Shown: positions 57,609-64,000 of the stretch, piece by piece
How positions within the stretch are numbered: position 1 is the stretch's first letter
Layout of the letters: each line of letters starts with the position of its first letter
Assembly (NCBI GenBank): GCA_009779135.1
Contig: WREW01000004.1
Coordinates: 13,448-77,447 of the forward strand
Length of the DNA: 64,000 bases
Source of the DNA: Alphaproteobacteria bacterium
Lineage (GTDB): Bacteria > Pseudomonadota > Alphaproteobacteria > UBA9219
Direction: 5' to 3'
Notes under the pieces: model-generated
Seen by the model: only the letters and a program-made list of their open reading frames with translations
Told to the model about the DNA's origin: nothing
Database searches by the model: none
Program-made: the position numbers and the translations under genes

Positions 57609-58034
57609 TCAATGCCCGCCCGGCACCACGGAAGAGTGATGATCTACAATCATCCAGCCAAGAGGCGTTTTCTTGTAAACAAAACTGAAACGCGCTGGCG
57701 CTGTAACATCCTTGCCGTCCTTTTTGAACGTAAAGGTGTAAAGGCCGCTATTGATGGCCACATCGCCGAAAACGCGCGTATGCAGCTCGGTCACTTTGCC
57801 TTGAAGATTTTCATTGGCCGTAAACACCTTGAAATAACCAAGACGCTTGGCCGCCGTTTCATGAACGCCAGGCGCTAAAGTCGGCAGCAAAACAGCGTCA
57901 TCCGCATAAAGCGTCATCACCGCATCAGGCGAGCCGGAGCTGACAGCTTTAAGCCATGTCGCAAGCGCCGCTTGAACTTCTTGCACTTCATCCACATTGT
58001 GACTGCAACAGCAGCCGCTTGAACATCCACTCAT
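57609..58034 (-). CDS. SnoaL/NTF2-like (DUF4440/SgcJ-EcaC-type) protein
   Basis: LYADDAVLLPT, FGDVAINSGLYTF, ARFSFVY...WMIVDHHSS. Confidence 0.85.
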   Translation of the reverse strand: MSGCSSGCCCSHNVDEVQEVQAALATWLKAVSSGSPDAVMTLYADDAVLLPTLAPGVHETAAKRLGYFKVFTANENLQGKVTELHTRVFGDVAINSGLYTFTFKKDGKDVTAPARFSFVYKKTPLGWMIVDHHSSVVPGGH

Positions 58035-58051
58035 TTTGATTCTCCTTTTGG

Positions 58052-58465
58052 TTAAGACGCTTTGCCCTGCAAGGCCGCATGCTTGGCATGGGCGACTTTT
58101 AACGCATGCAGGATTTCTTCTGTTGGCTCCTCGGCTTTATTGAGGCGTTCAATTTCTTCCTCGACCTCAAAACGATCAAGGCTCTTGAGGTCTTCCACAT
58201 GATCCGCCATCACCACACAGCGATCCGGCATCACTTCACAAAAACCGCCGATCACGAAAAAACTGTCCGACACTGTTTGAGTATCGTCTCTATAAACCTC
58301 AACCACGCCGAAAGACAGCATCGCGGCCATGGCCGCATGCCCCGCCAGCACGCCGAACATGCCCTCGGCCCCGGGCATAACGGCCATTTTCACAGGGCCA
58401 CTATAAGCCAGCTTCACCGGAGAAGCCAGATCAAACTGGAGTGGGCCTTCGCTGCTTTGTGACAT
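58052..58465 (-). CDS. atpC: ATP synthase F1 epsilon subunit
   Basis: FDLASP, PGAEGMFGVLAGHA, GGFCEV; follows atpD. Confidence 0.92.
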   Translation of the reverse strand: MSQSSEGPLQFDLASPVKLAYSGPVKMAVMPGAEGMFGVLAGHAAMAAMLSFGVVEVYRDDTQTVSDSFFVIGGFCEVMPDRCVVMADHVEDLKSLDRFEVEEEIERLNKAEEPTEEILHALKVAHAKHAALQGKAS

Positions 58466-58480
58466 AACCTGTCCTTTTCT

Positions 58481-60884
<2,404 letters not shown>

Positions 60885-60992
60885 AACCGAACCACTTTCA
60901 GCACAAAAGTTTGGGTGGTTATTTGGCGGATATCGCGCCTTGGGTCAAGCAAAAATACCCCATGGCCTTGATCTTTAAAAGTCCCCCCCGCG

Positions 60993-61529
60993 CTAAGAGG
61001 GCTTCCTTGCGCGCAATCCTTTGCTTTTCTGGGCGATTTTGGCGACGTTATCCTCATTGCAAACAGGGGCATAAGAAGGCGCCCCCGCATAAAGCGTCAT
61101 CCCTGTTTCAAAAAGACGCAGGGAAGGCGAATCATACAAAACCATGATTTTATCGCGGCGGTGATGACAGAAGGTCGGCGGCGTTTCATCCGCCGACATT
61201 TGCCCGAACTCATTGGCAAGTTTGGTGCGCAAAGCATCAAGCTGCGCAAGCCCGTCACCGCCATGCGAGTCTTTGTAAAACGCGATCATGACGGCTTCAG
61301 CTTCTTTAATAGTATCAATATGTTTTTTGGTAAATTGCGTATGAGCCTTCACAAGATCGCGCCCCTGCGAGGTCTGGCGACAGGTGACGGCAACGACCAT
61401 CATCTCGGAATGCAGCCGCAAAGCATTTTCAGCCCCGACCTCACGCTCGGAATAACAAGCCTCCGCCTGAACCGGCACGGCAAGCAGGAACAAGAGAATC
61501 AAAGAGAGAAAACACCGTTTCATGGCCAT
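60993..61529 (-). CDS. Hypothetical exported protein
   Basis: Signal peptide ending VQAEA-C; four Cys; helical. Confidence 0.75.
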   Translation of the reverse strand: MAMKRCFLSLILLFLLAVPVQAEACYSEREVGAENALRLHSEMMVVAVTCRQTSQGRDLVKAHTQFTKKHIDTIKEAEAVMIAFYKDSHGGDGLAQLDALRTKLANEFGQMSADETPPTFCHHRRDKIMVLYDSPSLRLFETGMTLYAGAPSYAPVCNEDNVAKIAQKSKGLRARKPS

Positions 61530-61612
61530 TGGTCTTACAGGAGATTAAGGGGTGGCGCAACGCCCCATTATGCTTTTTCATTTCCACACACCACTGTCAT
61601 TGCCGCCCCCCT

Positions 61613-61708
61613 TGTCATTGCGAGGCGGGCCGCAAGGCCCAACGAAGCAATCTCAGCGATGTTACAGGGATTGCCACGTCAGGCCTAAAGGCCTTCCTCG
61701 CAATGACA
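61613..61708. repeat. Family-B palindromic repeat overlapping the HAD gene 3' end
   Basis: TGTCATTGCGAGG...CCTCGCAATGACA 13-bp terminal inverted repeat; GCAATC...GATTGC core; extra TGTCATTG at 61595. Confidence 0.92.
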
Positions 61709-62371
61709 GGGTTCTTGGATCCCCGCACATAACAACCTCGTTATGCCCATCACATCAGGCACGATAAAGGTCGCGCCGGCGTTTTTTAATTCTTCCTCGC
61801 TGCCATACCCATATAATACGCCGACAGAATCCATGCCGACCTCTTTAGCTCCGATGATGTCGTGTTTCCTGTCGCCTATCATGATAGAGCTTTCGGCCTC
61901 TATGCCTGTTTCTTTGAGAACATGCCTTAAAACATCACTCTTTTTATCACGGCTGCTGTCAAGCGAAGCGCCTGCGGCAAAATCGAAAAGTTCCGTTATG
62001 CCTTCATACGCAAGGATCTGTTTGGCGAAAGGCTCAGGCTTTGAGGTCGCAAGCATTATTTTTTTACCCGCGCCTTTCAGAGCCTTCAACATATCCACCA
62101 TGCCCACATAAGGCACGTTTTGCTTAACGCCTATATCTTTGTAAAACTCGCGGTACTTTGCGATGGCGGTTTCCGTATCTTCGCTGTTCATCCCGTAATA
62201 TTGGGAAAAACTCTCCCGAAACGGAGGGCCGATAAACTTATACAATTCCTCAACAGGAGGAATGACAATACCAAAATGACAAAGAGCGCATTTCACCCCG
62301 TTTGTTATGCCCTCAACCGGATCTACCAGCGTCCCGTCCAGATCAAAAATGACATTCTGATAGTCCTTCAT
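61685..62371 (-). CDS. HAD-superfamily hydrolase (phosphoglycolate phosphatase/5'-nucleotidase-like)
   Basis: FDLDGTL, FIGPP, ATSKPE, MIGDRKHDIIGA, YGYGS.EEL. Confidence 0.92.
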   Translation of the reverse strand: MKDYQNVIFDLDGTLVDPVEGITNGVKCALCHFGIVIPPVEELYKFIGPPFRESFSQYYGMNSEDTETAIAKYREFYKDIGVKQNVPYVGMVDMLKALKGAGKKIMLATSKPEPFAKQILAYEGITELFDFAAGASLDSSRDKKSDVLRHVLKETGIEAESSIMIGDRKHDIIGAKEVGMDSVGVLYGYGSEEELKNAGATFIVPDVMGITRLLCAGIQEPCHCEEGL

Positions 62372-62377
62372 ATAGCT

Positions 62378-63922
62378 TTATTCCCATTCAATCGTCCCGG
62401 GCGGCTTACTCGTCACATCATAGACCACGCGGTTAATCCCGTTCACCTCGTTGATAAGGCGCGTGGCGACATGCGCAAGGAAATCGGGCTCAAAAGGATA
62501 GGATTCAGCCGTCATGCCATCGACCGAGTTCACGGCGCGCAGCGCCAGCACATGATCGTAGGAGCGTTCATCACCCATCACGCCAACACTGCGCACGGGG
62601 AGCAAAACAGCGAAAGCCTGCCATATTTTATCATAAAGACCGGCTTTGCGGATTTCTTCCAGATAGATTTTATCCGCATGACGCAAAAGCTCGAGCTTTT
62701 CAAAATCAACCGCACTCAGAACGCGAATGGCAAGCCCGGGCCCTGGAAAAGGGTGCCGTCCGACAAAAGTTTCAGGCAAGGAAAGCGCGCGGCCCAAAGC
62801 GCGCACCTCATCCTTGAACAGCTCGCGCAAAGGCTCAACCAGATCCAGATTCATCAGCTCGGGCAGACCGCCGACATTATGGTGCGATTTGATCGTCGCA
62901 CTCGGCCCGCCGGTGAAAGAGATGCTCTCAATCACATCCGGATACAAAGTTCCCTGCGCAAGGAACTTTGCGTCACCGATTTTGCGCGCCTCTTCCTCAA
63001 ACACTTCAATAAAAAGCTTGCCAATGGTTTTGCGTTTGGTCTCGGGATCTTCAATATCTTTCAGCGCAGCAAGAAATCTTTCGCTGGCGTCAACCGCAAC
63101 AAGCGGGATGTTATAGTGCTTGCGAAACAGCGCCACAACATCAGCGCCCTCACCCGCCCGCATCAAACCCGTATCAACAAAAATGCAGGTGAGCTGATCA
63201 CCGATCGCCTCGTGAATCAAAACAGCCGTCACCGCGCTGTCAACGCCGCCGGAAAGGCCGCAAATCACTTTGCCCTTGCCGACCTGCTTGCGGATTTTAT
63301 CAATTTCCGTGGCGAGGAAAGCCTTCATGCTCCACTGCACGCCAAGGCCGCAGATCTTGTGAACAAAATTGCTAAGAAGCTTGCCGCCATCCGGCGTATG
63401 AACAACCTCGGGATGAAACTGCATGCCGTAAAATCTTTTGGCCTCGCACGCGATAAAGGCAAAAGGCGCGCCCTCGCTCACCGCCACGGCGCTGAAGCCT
63501 TCGGGGATCTTGGTGACGCGATCCCCATGGCTCATCCACACCTGCTGCGTCGAGCCTTGCGGCCAAAGCCCATCAAAAAGCGGGCAGGATTGCGTGATGG
63601 TGATCGAGGCTTTGCCGAACTCACGCCCATGGCCGCTTTCCACCATGCCGCCAAGCTGCATGCACATGGTTTGCTGCCCATAGCATATGGCCAAAACCGG
63701 CACGCCAAGCTGCCAGACGATGTCCGGCGCGCGCGGCGCGCCTTCCTTCGTGGTCGAAGCCGGCCCGCCCGAAAGAATAACCCCTTGAGGATCAAAAGCC
63801 TTGATAAAAGCCTCATCCTTATGAAAAGGATGGATCTCGCAGTAAACACCGGCCTCGCGCACACGCCTTGCGATCAGTTGAGTCACTTGTGAGCCGAAAT
63901 CAAGAATAAGGATTTTTTCCAT
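62378..63922 (-). CDS. guaA: GMP synthase (glutamine-hydrolysing)
   Basis: [51 protein letters not shown]. Confidence 0.99.
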   Translation of the reverse strand: MEKILILDFGSQVTQLIARRVREAGVYCEIHPFHKDEAFIKAFDPQGVILSGGPASTTKEGAPRAPDIVWQLGVPVLAICYGQQTMCMQLGGMVESGHGREFGKASITITQSCPLFDGLWPQGSTQQVWMSHGDRVTKIPEGFSAVAVSEGAPFAFIACEAKRFYGMQFHPEVVHTPDGGKLLSNFVHKICGLGVQWSMKAFLATEIDKIRKQVGKGKVICGLSGGVDSAVTAVLIHEAIGDQLTCIFVDTGLMRAGEGADVVALFRKHYNIPLVAVDASERFLAALKDIEDPETKRKTIGKLFIEVFEEEARKIGDAKFLAQGTLYPDVIESISFTGGPSATIKSHHNVGGLPELMNLDLVEPLRELFKDEVRALGRALSLPETFVGRHPFPGPGLAIRVLSAVDFEKLELLRHADKIYLEEIRKAGLYDKIWQAFAVLLPVRSVGVMGDERSYDHVLALRAVNSVDGMTAESYPFEPDFLAHVATRLINEVNGINRVVYDVTSKPPGTIEWE

Positions 63923-63938
63923 CAGTAGCTGTTCCTTT

Positions 63939-64000
63939 TGGTGCGGGCAGCCGGACTTGAACCGGCACGCCATGAACTGACTTCAGATTTTAAGTCTGAT
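63939..64000 (-). tRNA. tRNA-Leu(UAA), 5'-truncated by the window edge
   Basis: Minus strand TCAGA-CTTAAAA-TCTGA anticodon arm, long variable arm, CCGG-TTCAAGT-CCGG T arm, encoded CCA. Confidence 0.93.

Overview
64 kb of chromosome from a moderately GC-rich alphaproteobacterium. The taxon is inferred from alpha-type LexA boxes upstream of recA, CtrA-type boxes, the lgt-methyltransferase-pgeF/ubiK-ybjN block, mtaB-ftsY and glpX-recJ. Most of the window is housekeeping: recA, recJ, glpX, typA, dnaK-dnaJ, ftsY, mtaB, atpG-atpD-atpC, guaA, tRNA-Leu, nth, ogt, HU, lpxD, hldE, queH, phaC plus a phasin, and hpnA/C/D/E squalene genes. The main accessory region (8.5-20.6 kb) is a non-Tad type IV filament (T2SS/T4P-superfamily) operon: lipoprotein secretin, a periplasmic protein with two Ig-like domains, PilB/GspE ATPase, PilC/GspF, two alignment-like proteins and an atypical pilin lacking Glu+5. 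It is followed by an AT-richer insert carrying a head-to-tail fused gene duplication, an orphan gene, a promoter- and terminator-bounded ~180-nt rod-like structured RNA (6S-like or new), a small lipoprotein and a canonical pilin gene that runs into the hpn operon. Two related families of TGTCAT...ATGACA palindromic repeats occur in six places; one supplies the last codons of a HAD gene. Several conserved alphaproteobacterial gene strings are broken here: no hom/aminotransferase before glpX, no proC after ybjN, no dapF before mtaB, no atpHA before atpG, no shc after hpnE. No CRISPR array, transposase, integrase or prophage was seen. All family assignments are from motif recognition by eye, not database searches. 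Several start codons were trimmed from the ORF track using RBS or overlap evidence.
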